Origin: a virus
Virus record (IMG/VR): IMGVR_UViG_3300005095_000128
Location: 1 to 64,000 of that record
Strand: one strand, 5' to 3'
DNA: 64,000 nucleotides
The notes beneath the pieces are model-generated. The model made no database searches. It was not told the origin of the DNA and saw nothing but the letters and a program-made list of their open reading frames with translations. Of the stretch, positions 1 to 8,747 are shown one piece after another; the first letter of the stretch is position 1; the number at the start of each line of letters is the position of its first letter. Made by a program: the position numbers and the translations under genes.

Positions 1-27
1 CATGTGGCACCCCCGCAAGGTTATTGG

Positions 28-426
28 CTATTTAGGCGGACACTCGCGGTGCGTATACATACACTCGCGGCCTGCTTCGTAGGCTTCTACTTCATATGGG
101 ACCTGCCTATACCCGCGTCGTAGCCAGTACCACGCATACTTGATGGGGAATAGCAACCCATCGCGTTGCATCTGCCTTACATGAGTGAGCTCGTGGCGTA
201 GCATGCATGGGTCGCTCAACGACTTGCGCACGATAAACACGTTGCGCCCGAGCGTCACTCCGCCGGCCCAGCGTGGAATGAGCTTCTCGGCCACGTACAC
301 GCGCACTGGGCCCGTGCTAGGGCAGCGTACCACGCGCGATGGCTTTGCTCGCACGATGAATCGATAAAAGAACGCAACAAGATCAGCCAGCCTCATAAAA
401 AGAAAAACGTTTAACCGATGAAGCAT
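28..426 (-). CDS. DUF4157-like HExxH zinc-metallopeptidase-fold protein
   Basis: Motifs GVTLGRNVF, HELTHVRQ and PYEVEAY are typical of DUF4157-like proteins. True start may be the downstream Met (MRLAD). Confidence 0.55.
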   Translation of the reverse strand: MLHRLNVFLFMRLADLVAFFYRFIVRAKPSRVVRCPSTGPVRVYVAEKLIPRWAGGVTLGRNVFIVRKSLSDPCMLRHELTHVRQMQRDGLLFPIKYAWYWLRRGYRQVPYEVEAYEAGRECMYTHRECPPK

Positions 427-444
427 AGCGCACCCCCAAACAAA

Positions 445-474
445 AAGTGCCGCGGCGGTGTAGCCGCGGCACTT
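445..474 (-). terminator. Intrinsic terminator
   Basis: 12-bp stem AAGTGCCGCGGC/GCCGCGGCACTT followed by a T-run on the minus strand. Confidence 0.75.
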
Positions 475-492
475 AATACGTGTTATTGCGAC

Positions 493-564
493 CTACTTGC
501 CGTTCACTAGCTTGTCTAAGACCCTAATCAACCACGGCGGATCTGCATAAATAATGTCGTACAT
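493..564 (-). pseudogene. Truncated remnant of an MT-A70-like N6-adenine methyltransferase
   Basis: Hand translation gives MYDIIYADPPWLIRVLDKLVNGK*. YDIIYADPPW is the MT-A70 catalytic motif, but the ORF stops after 23 aa. Confidence 0.6.
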
Positions 565-691
565 GGCTACGCTTTAGCACTGTCTAAAAGGCCCGATGGC
601 GATCACAACTTCGCCTTTCCCGTTGCGAGCAACCATAACCTTCGTTCAATAGCGAGGCTAACCTCTTCATCCTAGCGATCATCTTCTACCA

Positions 692-934
692 TTATTGCAA
701 TCCACGCCTCTCATGTATTGTAGCTCCCCAACTATTGCTTATTAGCACTCGGTACAGCATGGCGAGCTCATCATCGTCAACGCCGCTCTTAACAGCGCGT
801 TCGATTTCCCTCCAGGCGTGCCAGAACATACCTCCATGCCTTGAATCGCTCGGCGGAGGTGGGACTGGCGGATAGCCCTTCATCGCGTATTCGCGCACCC
901 TGTCCAAGTCCCACCCCTTTCTTAGTATGCCCAT
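692..934 (-). CDS. Hypothetical protein
   Basis: 80-aa ORF starting 5 nt after the nrdJ stop, with a GGG-type SD. Confidence 0.45.
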   Translation of the reverse strand: MGILRKGWDLDRVREYAMKGYPPVPPPPSDSRHGGMFWHAWREIERAVKSGVDDDELAMLYRVLISNSWGATIHERRGLQ

Positions 935-938
935 GCCC

Positions 939-3900
939 TTACCTTACCGGACAATGCCCCGAATCGCAATCCGACTCGATGTCGTCTACGGCCATAAACA
1001 ACCCGAAGCCGCCCTCGATCTGATCCAAGACCTTCCGGTCGAACCGTGGCATCTTAGCCTTGAGCTCCTTGTAGCGCCCCTCTGGAATCGCCTCGTAGGG
1101 CTGTTGCGGGTAAACCGACGTGTCCTTGCGCAAGAAGCTAATCCCCACAATGGAGTCCCAGTTCTCGTGTAGCCAATCCACAACCCGATCCACCTCGTCT
1201 TCCCCTACGGCTACGGTAATAGAGGTGTTGTGATCAGTCCAGTGCTGCATAGAGAGCTTGTAGCGCTCGAGCATCTCGATAGCCGACACCTCGTTCGCAC
1301 TACGTTTTGCCGGCGTCGCAACAGGAAACTCGAACACAAGTGTGTTCGGGGCAAAAAGGTCTTTCTCGTGCGGGAATCCAAGCTGTACGAGCGCTTGGGC
1401 AACGGCGTCATCCTCGCTAATGCGCACACGGCGGATGTAGTACGGAGCGTATGCATCATGGATGCCGGCGGATACACCTGGAAGCAGGCTCCACGTTCCC
1501 TCTGGTTTCACGGTGGTCATGAGCTTAGGTAAGGGAATTCCCATGTATCGGGCATAGCGCTTCGCCTCTTCGTGGACCACATCGCGCATGAACCGCCACA
1601 GCCTCGCCACCTTATCGTCATCGTAGCTAGCTAGTGTAATCGCGTCCATGAAGCCGGTGAATGAAACACCGATGAGGCGATCCTCGCTCTGCACCCTACC
1701 CCAATCAGCTAGCCGACCGCCAATGTCGACGTTTGTAATGCGCATGGCATGGCGGGTGGCTAGACGTAGGGCAGAAGCGAGGCCGTCGGTGTCAATGCCT
1801 TGCTGGGATGCGAAGGCACGGATGTTGGTAGTGGTAAGGTTGCAGAAGCCCTTGTTGCGCAGCAAAATCTCCGAGCAATTACCGCTATGGCACGTCGGCA
1901 AATCAAATGAGTTCGTTGTCGGCACGCCAAGGCAATAAACATCCTCTCGCTTACCAGTATCAACTACACGCACAACGCGAACCGGCTTCTCGCGCAAATC
2001 ATACGGGCCCCGCGTGGGCTCACCAAAACCGAACTCGGCAACAAACCGAGCCGCATTGGAAACGGTGAGGCGGTAAACGTCCTTAGTGTCGTATAGGGCT
2101 TTGCCGCCATGCCCATCGGGCATGCTACGCTTGCCACCGCGCCGCATCAACGCGATATGCGAGCGAATACCAAAGAGGCGCAACAGCGCTTGTACGTCCT
2201 GCAAAAGCGACTTGCGAATGGAAGACAGTTGAACAAGCCAGCCATTTTGGCCGTAAGCAATATGCCCGTCGCTCTCAAAGAGTCCGCGGATAAAAGCGGA
2301 AACAGTTTCCTTGTCGCCTTCAAGGACATATTTCGGAACGCGATCTTTGGGTACGCACTCGCGCTCACCCGTGAAATACATCACCATTCGCCCAGCAGAG
2401 TCGCGCGTAAACTGCTTGCCGGCCGCACGCTCAATGGCGCTAGCATACTTGAACTTTGGCGGATACAAGTATAGCTTTGCCCAGCGCTTGCCCTTGCCGT
2501 GCCACGTACCATCGCCGACAAGCCACCCATCAATGTAAGCATCGTTAGGACGATGCACGCTACCAAACCACTTGTCGCCGCCAAAGCGCGAAGGCATAAG
2601 CTCGTCCCCCAGCTCCAAGTGTTGCGCCTGCTTCTTGGTTCCATCCGCAAGGACAAACTCGTGCCACGGCGTCACCTCGTACTCGGAGCCATCGGAAAGT
2701 TCCACCCTTAGAATCGGTTCATTCTCGCCGGTCTTCTCCGCCTTCGCGTAAACAATGTTGCCGTCGCCGTCAAGAATCGGAACAAGCTGACCATCGAGCT
2801 CGGCAATGAACTTTAGGCCACCGCCAGCAACGGGAATGAGCGTATCGCCAACTAGGCACGGGTTTACGCCATCAAACTCCCCATTGCGTCTACGATTTGC
2901 CTCAGATGCGTTGATAAAACCTGGCTCTCCATACTCTAGAATCGACTCCATCAAGCTAGAAATACGCGCCTTGCTGGGTCGCTCCCAAAAGAGTAGCGAG
3001 TTGTTCGATTGCGCCCGCCATGGAGGAATCTTTCCGCGTGGAATGGCGCCTTGCGCAATCCACTCCCGCGCCTCATCGATGGTGGCCCACTCACCGGTCT
3101 TCGCACGAGCAAACTCATCGGAGTCACCAAGCCCAATCTGGGCACTGCGGCGCGTACCACCTGCCACAGTGGCGCGGGCGATGAGATTTGCCAAGTCAAG
3201 CGCCTTGGTATCCGTCCACTCGTGCGGCCTATTGGCGTCAAAGAGTACGAGGTTCGCGAACACAAAAAACTCGATGAGCGGTTCTGGTCCAGAGGCATAT
3301 CCGCCAAACCGCTTGAGGCGCTCACCTTTTGGGCGCACAGAGTTGGCATCAATGCGGATGATCGGTACGCCATCGGCGATAAGCTCGAGGAAGAGCTTGA
3401 TGGCGTCCGCCCACCCCTCACGAGAATCGCCAATGACTAGACGCGGAACACCATCCCCGTCAGCAACAAGCCGTGTATGCTCTGAGTATTTGGCGCTCTC
3501 GTACCCATAGAACTCATATGGTACGACTATGAGTGCAGGCTTGCGCTTGAGGGGAATCGTCTCGTTAAGGCGAGCAACCACGTCTTGCGTAACTCGGAAA
3601 CCAACGCCGGCGCCAGACATGAGCAAAAGCTGCATGTCGTGAAACGCCTTTGGGTCGTCAAGCATCTCAAAGGCGCAATTGAAATTTGCTTCCGGGTTGG
3701 AATACGAAAGTGGCGTATCACCAATCCATAGCGTGCGCCCAGCAGGCGCTCCTTTGAGCGAGTACCACAGGTCGAAAAGTGCCTCTTCCTCACCATCTTC
3801 TAGCGGCCCGAGCGACTTGGAGTAGTTGACAGCGCGACGCACGGTCTCATGCCAGTATTCGCGACGCCGTTTGTCGGGAAGGAACCTCGAGTAAGTGCGG

Positions 3901-3950
3901 AGGTAGATGATTTCGCCGATAGGACCCCACGGAACGTTAGCATCTTGCAT
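939..3950 (-). CDS. nrdJ: Class II (adenosylcobalamin-dependent) ribonucleotide reductase, intein-containing
   Basis: RTYSR, PAGRTLW, NFNC, DSREGW, GG(Y)ASGP, VAGGTRRSA, NPC|CSEI, TTVKPEGT, C-terminal PQQPYE and CDSGHCPVR. SD GGAGG. Confidence 0.93.
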   Translation of the reverse strand: MQDANVPWGPIGEIIYLRTYSRFLPDKRRREYWHETVRRAVNYSKSLGPLEDGEEEALFDLWYSLKGAPAGRTLWIGDTPLSYSNPEANFNCAFEMLDDPKAFHDMQLLLMSGAGVGFRVTQDVVARLNETIPLKRKPALIVVPYEFYGYESAKYSEHTRLVADGDGVPRLVIGDSREGWADAIKLFLELIADGVPIIRIDANSVRPKGERLKRFGGYASGPEPLIEFFVFANLVLFDANRPHEWTDTKALDLANLIARATVAGGTRRSAQIGLGDSDEFARAKTGEWATIDEAREWIAQGAIPRGKIPPWRAQSNNSLLFWERPSKARISSLMESILEYGEPGFINASEANRRRNGEFDGVNPCLVGDTLIPVAGGGLKFIAELDGQLVPILDGDGNIVYAKAEKTGENEPILRVELSDGSEYEVTPWHEFVLADGTKKQAQHLELGDELMPSRFGGDKWFGSVHRPNDAYIDGWLVGDGTWHGKGKRWAKLYLYPPKFKYASAIERAAGKQFTRDSAGRMVMYFTGERECVPKDRVPKYVLEGDKETVSAFIRGLFESDGHIAYGQNGWLVQLSSIRKSLLQDVQALLRLFGIRSHIALMRRGGKRSMPDGHGGKALYDTKDVYRLTVSNAARFVAEFGFGEPTRGPYDLREKPVRVVRVVDTGKREDVYCLGVPTTNSFDLPTCHSGNCSEILLRNKGFCNLTTTNIRAFASQQGIDTDGLASALRLATRHAMRITNVDIGGRLADWGRVQSEDRLIGVSFTGFMDAITLASYDDDKVARLWRFMRDVVHEEAKRYARYMGIPLPKLMTTVKPEGTWSLLPGVSAGIHDAYAPYYIRRVRISEDDAVAQALVQLGFPHEKDLFAPNTLVFEFPVATPAKRSANEVSAIEMLERYKLSMQHWTDHNTSITVAVGEDEVDRVVDWLHENWDSIVGISFLRKDTSVYPQQPYEAIPEGRYKELKAKMPRFDRKVLDQIEGGFGLFMAVDDIESDCDSGHCPVR
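1878..2858 (-). mobile_element. Intein (327 aa) with LAGLIDADG homing endonuclease in the RNR active-site NPC motif
   Basis: Starts CLVGDT after GVNP; block B VTPWHEF; endonuclease motifs DGWLVGDG and FIRGLFESDG; ends VYCLGV...HSGN followed by the Cys+1 of CSEIL. Confidence 0.92.
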
Positions 3951-3975
3951 ACAACACCTCCATAGACGAAAAATC

Positions 3976-3999
3976 GCGGGGTGCCACTAGGCACCCCGC
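3976..3999 (-). terminator. Probable intrinsic terminator upstream of nrdJ
   Basis: GCGGGGTGCC/GGCACCCCGC 10-bp stem followed by GATTTTT on the minus strand. Confidence 0.6.
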
Positions 4000-4012
4000 T
4001 TAGTATAACCCA

Positions 4013-4054
4013 CTACTTCTTCTTCCGCTTCTTCTTCTTGCTCTTGCAGGCCAT
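4013..4054 (-). CDS. Lysine-rich micropeptide MACKSKKKKRKKK
   Basis: ATG right after the phosphoesterase stop, preceded by GGGGGTG SD and followed by a terminator. Confidence 0.4.
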   Translation of the reverse strand: MACKSKKKKRKKK

Positions 4055-4055
4055 C

Positions 4056-5270
4056 CTAATCACCCCCTCTCTTCACGTTGTAAGAAACGGTGGCTACATA
4101 CCCATCTTCAGGGTGGTAAAGGATGGCCTCACTTGCACGAATCGAATGATACCCTTGCCTAGTATGCCAGGCATCGGCGGCGCTAAGCGATGGAAGCACG
4201 CGAATGCGAACGCCGCCGCTCTCTAGCGTGGGGAGAAAGACCACCTCGCGCTTGGCGTGAAAGTGCCCCAGCAACCACTCGTGCCACTCGGCAAGCCCCC
4301 ACTCGCGCCGCGCTTCCTTCGCCATAACCGATGGCAGGAGCTTTAGGTCAACGCGGTCTCCGTGCGTGATGCCAAGGAGCACTTTGCCGAAGAGGTAGTA
4401 GTTGCGCGGATGGGGTGTATTGATGATCTTGACGTGCGGCGCATTGGCGTAGCGCATCTCGAGCGCGATGCCAAGCGTTTGAGCCTTCTCGGTATCGTGA
4501 TTACCGGGTTGGATGACCACATCCACTGGCGCAAGTTGGGCCATGCGCTCAATGGACTCAATGACCGCCTCAAGCGCCGCCCGGTATGCCTTTTGCCAGC
4601 GCCCGTCGGAGTCTACCCGCGTACCGGCCGTGGTCGTCGAGTCAACGCCGCTATCAATGTGGAGCAAGTCGTTGCCGACGACGAAGAGTATCTTGCCGAT
4701 GTCGCCGAAGCGGGAGGCGCGATCAACAAGCGATAGCGCCGCCTCTACGTACAAACGCTTAGCAATGTGCACGTCATAGTTGTCGCCAGCTTCCGGGGCC
4801 CATGCGTACTTGCCAATGTGAGCGTCAGCCACACTTACCACGAGTAGGTGCTCACCGTGCGGCTCTACTGGCGCACAATCGCATGGTTCGATGGATAGTG
4901 AGCGTACAGCCTCTTCAATGGCGGCCGCGATCGACTGGCGTAAGCGTGCCTTAACCTGGAAGAACTGCTGTACGCCGCCATCCTTTGCCGGGCCCTCCCA
5001 CGAGTTAACGGTAAAGTGCTCGACAATCCACCGCTTGCGATCCACTTGAGCGGCGTCAAGCAGCTCGTCCAGTGTGCGTATGCGCCCTACCGACTCAACG
5101 CTAATGGCACGCTCGTCGCCAGAAACACGCACATTGTTGCTAGCGCCACGCAAGAGCTCGATGATGCGCTTTGCGCGGTTGTAGCCGATGCCAAAGTGCC
5201 GACGAAGACGCTTGATGGAAGGTTTGAGGCCGTCCCGAAGGACGACCTCGATGATTTCCCTATCGGTCAT
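4056..5270 (-). CDS. Calcineurin-like metallophosphoesterase with N-terminal FtsK-gamma-like winged helix
   Basis: DAHIGK, GNDLLH, GNHD, HGD and GHFH motifs. N-terminal SIKRLRRHFGIGYNRAKRIIELL. Confidence 0.8.
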   Translation of the reverse strand: MTDREIIEVVLRDGLKPSIKRLRRHFGIGYNRAKRIIELLRGASNNVRVSGDERAISVESVGRIRTLDELLDAAQVDRKRWIVEHFTVNSWEGPAKDGGVQQFFQVKARLRQSIAAAIEEAVRSLSIEPCDCAPVEPHGEHLLVVSVADAHIGKYAWAPEAGDNYDVHIAKRLYVEAALSLVDRASRFGDIGKILFVVGNDLLHIDSGVDSTTTAGTRVDSDGRWQKAYRAALEAVIESIERMAQLAPVDVVIQPGNHDTEKAQTLGIALEMRYANAPHVKIINTPHPRNYYLFGKVLLGITHGDRVDLKLLPSVMAKEARREWGLAEWHEWLLGHFHAKREVVFLPTLESGGVRIRVLPSLSAADAWHTRQGYHSIRASEAILYHPEDGYVATVSYNVKRGGD

Positions 5271-6433
5271 GGCCCAACAATGACACCGTTCGGCTCGTAA
5301 AATTTAATAAAGTCAGTCCCAGTACCATTATTGAGCAACCCATACGCACCAAAACGCCCGATTGGGCTTGGCTTTTTAGCGCCAGAGAGTAAGCACTCCG
5401 CACCCTCCGGCGCAAGGAATCCACACAAACCAAACTGCATTGTCTTTTGCACGCCGCCGTGAAGGTGTGGCACACCAATAATGCGGTCATCTTCTGGCGG
5501 CGAAAAACCGCTAATCGCGAAAGATAGCGCAAGGATCGAACGGAAAAAGAGGAAGCTATACCAAGAGATCGAAGATCCACTACCGCTATCCCAAAGCTGA
5601 AACACGGAAAAGTTGGTAAGATCGCTTGTCCATGCAATATACAAGTTGTTGGAAGAATCGTATCCAAAAATATATAGAACTCCATCATACACAGCAAGAT
5701 ACGCCACAGATGACATAGGTGACGGCAATGTTACCGATGTATTAGTCATCGTGGAGTCAAGTACGCTTAGCGTGTTGGAACGATATGCCACCACAAGCTT
5801 ATCGCTAAAAATTGCATAGTCAGCTAGCGGTCCGCCAGTGAGAATGTTGCCGTGGTGGGTAATGGTGGTCAGGTCATCCGTTGATGACAATACCCCAAAA
5901 CCATCGCTCACCAAGAGCGTCGGCGTGGCCCATCCACCCATATACGCAATCACTGCAAGTGGGCCATATCGTTGGTTTGCAGGATCAGAGTCATCGTACT
6001 TGGTAGTAAAGGTGGGGTAGTCGGTCGTTGTGGCAAGCTGTACCACAGAATACCCGGTTGACGGGTCCTGATACGAGAGAATGATCTTCGCAGAATAATA
6101 CCCAGCAACCAAAATGTTGCCTGGAGCAGTATACTCCGACGTGCTGTGCACATACCAAAGCTTGGCTGCGTTGTCGGTTAGGACCACCAAGCTCCCACCG
6201 TCAACGACGTGCGCTTTTCCACCGCCCTGGTCCGCATATGCCGTGTTAGCGATGGTCTTCTTACTCACTGGAGCAGCACTCAAAAGATGTAGCGCATCAA
6301 GCTGTAGCTGAATCGACGAGTCAAGCTCATCCAAAATATCAATATGCGTATTAGGATCAAAAGATGTAGCGCTCCGATCGTATGGATCTCCAACAGCTGG
6401 CCGCCTAATGCCAGCCCATCGAGTGTTTGCCAT
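5267..6433 (-). CDS. Putative tail fibre/receptor-binding protein
   Basis: Last gene of the tail module; S/T/Y-rich beta-type sequence; lower GC than its neighbours. Confidence 0.5.
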   Translation of the reverse strand: MANTRWAGIRRPAVGDPYDRSATSFDPNTHIDILDELDSSIQLQLDALHLLSAAPVSKKTIANTAYADQGGGKAHVVDGGSLVVLTDNAAKLWYVHSTSEYTAPGNILVAGYYSAKIILSYQDPSTGYSVVQLATTTDYPTFTTKYDDSDPANQRYGPLAVIAYMGGWATPTLLVSDGFGVLSSTDDLTTITHHGNILTGGPLADYAIFSDKLVVAYRSNTLSVLDSTMTNTSVTLPSPMSSVAYLAVYDGVLYIFGYDSSNNLYIAWTSDLTNFSVFQLWDSGSGSSISWYSFLFFRSILALSFAISGFSPPEDDRIIGVPHLHGGVQKTMQFGLCGFLAPEGAECLLSGAKKPSPIGRFGAYGLLNNGTGTDFIKFYEPNGVIVGP

Positions 6434-6454
6434 CTAGCTCACCCCTTTCATCCA

Positions 6455-8584
6455 CTATAGCGACTCGCACCACCAGTGCCAGTACGGATTAGCGCAAACC
6501 GTTCCGCGCCTACGTATGCGGTTTGCTAGTGGCTTGGCCTCGTCAAGCCAAATCGTGCGTGGCAAACGCGCATAGTATGCATACGATCCAGGATGCAAGC
6601 CGATTTTGTGCGCACTCTCGTAGTTCCTGAGCCATAACACCGTAATCTTATCGAAGCCAGGCGGGTATAGCTGCACCATGCCGACTACACGATCCGGCAT
6701 GTTCTGGCCGCTGGCCTGCCAATCGTAATATATCCGCGGTGGCTCCCCAATCACCACCCACACGTCGCCGGCTTCGCTTGGCATGGCTAACCACTCTTCA
6801 CCGCGGCGTGCGTTCTCGAATGTCGTCCCGGTATAGCTATCAAGCCAATGGTAAGTCGAATCGTTGCCGTAAAAGTACACATGCGTGCGCCACGGCTCGC
6901 CTTCTCCATACGACGTTCCAGGATATGCGCACGTCGGGCAGATGGGCACAACCAACCCCTTAACCGGCTCACCGGTAAAAAAACGCATGGTTTCACTAGT
7001 AGGAATCGCATCGTAAATGAACGAGTAATCGGTGCCGCTTACATCACCAGAGCTTTCTTCGAGCGCACGTCTTGCACCATCAACATCAAAGGCAACACCA
7101 ACAATGGGTGTATACAAAAACCCGGAAAACCAAAAATCTCCAGCGGGCGGGGCCCACGTCGCTGGGGCAACCCACATGATGTTCGCATCGAGTGAATCAA
7201 AATCCCGCATTCGTGGGTATTTGCGCGTAATGGCCCCACCAGCATGGTAATAAGTGCCAGGATATAGCGCCTCTGTAAAATCGATTGCAGTGCGCCCCCT
7301 CGGAAAACACGCATACACCTCATTGGACACACTTTTTGCTGTTACGCAATAACCGAACCGAGTATTCAAGATGTCAAACCCATCGCCACGCAAAAGCAAT
7401 TCGCCATCGGGATCATTCGCCGCCAAAACTATGTCGTCCCGCGCGGTGCAGGTTTCGCGGTACGTATCATCGCACGACGCTGGCGCACACGAATCTTGAT
7501 TTTCTGGAGTGCAGCACCGCATCTTCACGATGTTTCGCGTGCAATAATCTTCTATGTACGTGTAAATGCTTGATGATCCATACCGATCGACGTTGCCGGC
7601 GACGCGATATGCACGCTCTTCGTCATTAAAAGAGCGTAGCCAATTATTTGCCGCAACAATATGCTTGCTATCCGTAGTTGTAGTGCATGTTGCGCTATCT
7701 ATGGTAACAACTAGGCCAAACGATCGGTACTCTTCGACGGTGTGCGTTCCATTTGAATAGTCGATGCCAATCGCAAGGGCATAACCTTCCCTCTCGCGTG
7801 AATAGGATGAGCGCGTCTTATACTGATTGCCACCGCACGCAATGCACTCGCACGACGAGCGCTTTGGAGAACCAACCTCGTAGGCATCGGATAGAACAAG
7901 TCGACCTCGTATGCCGAATCCCTCACCAAGATCGTCTCCATACCGCAATAAGATAGTGCGCTCATGGCTTAAGCCAGTCGAATTGAGAATCGCATACTGC
8001 ACGTAATCATCCTCAAGAAAAAGTGCGGATCCATCAATGCGGCTCACGGCATCAGACGACGTGCGTAGATCCACTCCCCTATAGTAGAACGACGCACGCC
8101 CATCGAGCGCGGTGCCAAGGTGTATACCGACGGAGCTATCCATACCAACAATCGCTTCTGGCATGGCTTTTAGTGATGCAACCAATGTGTGCGTGTTTTT
8201 AAAGAGCTCATCAACAATAAGAAAGCTTACTGACAAAGTGAGATATGTATCATCTAGGGGATTATCATAGTCGATGTATTGCGAACGGCGCGAAGTATCA
8301 AAATACAACAAACCAACGGGCCCAAAAAGCTTTCTCTTGCGCCCCAATGGCTTGCGACCGACAACGGCACGCTTACGTGGCATCGCCTTACTACGCACCA
8401 CAGGTGTAGTGATAGCCACTAGTTGCTCACAATCGAAATGCACCCGCTCATCGAGTTGCGGGACGCGGTTCCCAGGCGCAACCCGAACGATGTGGACCTT
8501 TCCGTCGTCATCACGCACACGCAACGTGTGCCCACGGACGGAAATGACCACACCGCTCTTGATGTTGTCGCAGCACTCGCTCAT
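6455..8584 (-). CDS. Cys-rich tail-associated protein
   Basis: 709-aa ORF in the tail-tip region, coupled (ATGA overlap) to the upstream small ORF. Confidence 0.55.
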   Translation of the reverse strand: MSECCDNIKSGVVISVRGHTLRVRDDDGKVHIVRVAPGNRVPQLDERVHFDCEQLVAITTPVVRSKAMPRKRAVVGRKPLGRKRKLFGPVGLLYFDTSRRSQYIDYDNPLDDTYLTLSVSFLIVDELFKNTHTLVASLKAMPEAIVGMDSSVGIHLGTALDGRASFYYRGVDLRTSSDAVSRIDGSALFLEDDYVQYAILNSTGLSHERTILLRYGDDLGEGFGIRGRLVLSDAYEVGSPKRSSCECIACGGNQYKTRSSYSREREGYALAIGIDYSNGTHTVEEYRSFGLVVTIDSATCTTTTDSKHIVAANNWLRSFNDEERAYRVAGNVDRYGSSSIYTYIEDYCTRNIVKMRCCTPENQDSCAPASCDDTYRETCTARDDIVLAANDPDGELLLRGDGFDILNTRFGYCVTAKSVSNEVYACFPRGRTAIDFTEALYPGTYYHAGGAITRKYPRMRDFDSLDANIMWVAPATWAPPAGDFWFSGFLYTPIVGVAFDVDGARRALEESSGDVSGTDYSFIYDAIPTSETMRFFTGEPVKGLVVPICPTCAYPGTSYGEGEPWRTHVYFYGNDSTYHWLDSYTGTTFENARRGEEWLAMPSEAGDVWVVIGEPPRIYYDWQASGQNMPDRVVGMVQLYPPGFDKITVLWLRNYESAHKIGLHPGSYAYYARLPRTIWLDEAKPLANRIRRRGTVCANPYWHWWCESL

Positions 8585-8745
8585 ATGAGAACCGCCCTCC
8601 CGCGTTTGTCTATAGCCACGTGCACCTGTGAACCTACGCCACGATACCTCCTGCCATTGGCGCGAGCGGTGATCGTGCGGCCGTCGCTAAGCCGCACGAT
8701 CACCGTGTTCCCGCGCCATCCGATTACCTTACCCGAGGCCACCAT
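8581..8745 (-). CDS. Small OB-fold-like protein (54 aa, not in ORF track)
   Basis: MVASGKVIGWRGNTVIVRLSDGRTITARANGRRYRGVGSQVHVAIDKRGRAVLI* fills the gap between two tail genes. Confidence 0.6.
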   Translation of the reverse strand: MVASGKVIGWRGNTVIVRLSDGRTITARANGRRYRGVGSQVHVAIDKRGRAVLI

Positions 8746-8747
8746 GA

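Noticed and set aside
3951-4012. Cobalamin riboswitch upstream of B12-dependent nrdJ
   Set aside because: The gap is only ~60 nt with a single hairpin and no B12-box.
5260-5697. 145-aa same-strand ORF overlapping the fibre gene C-terminus
   Set aside because: Alternate frame with no SD or slippery site noticed and no protein-like motifs.
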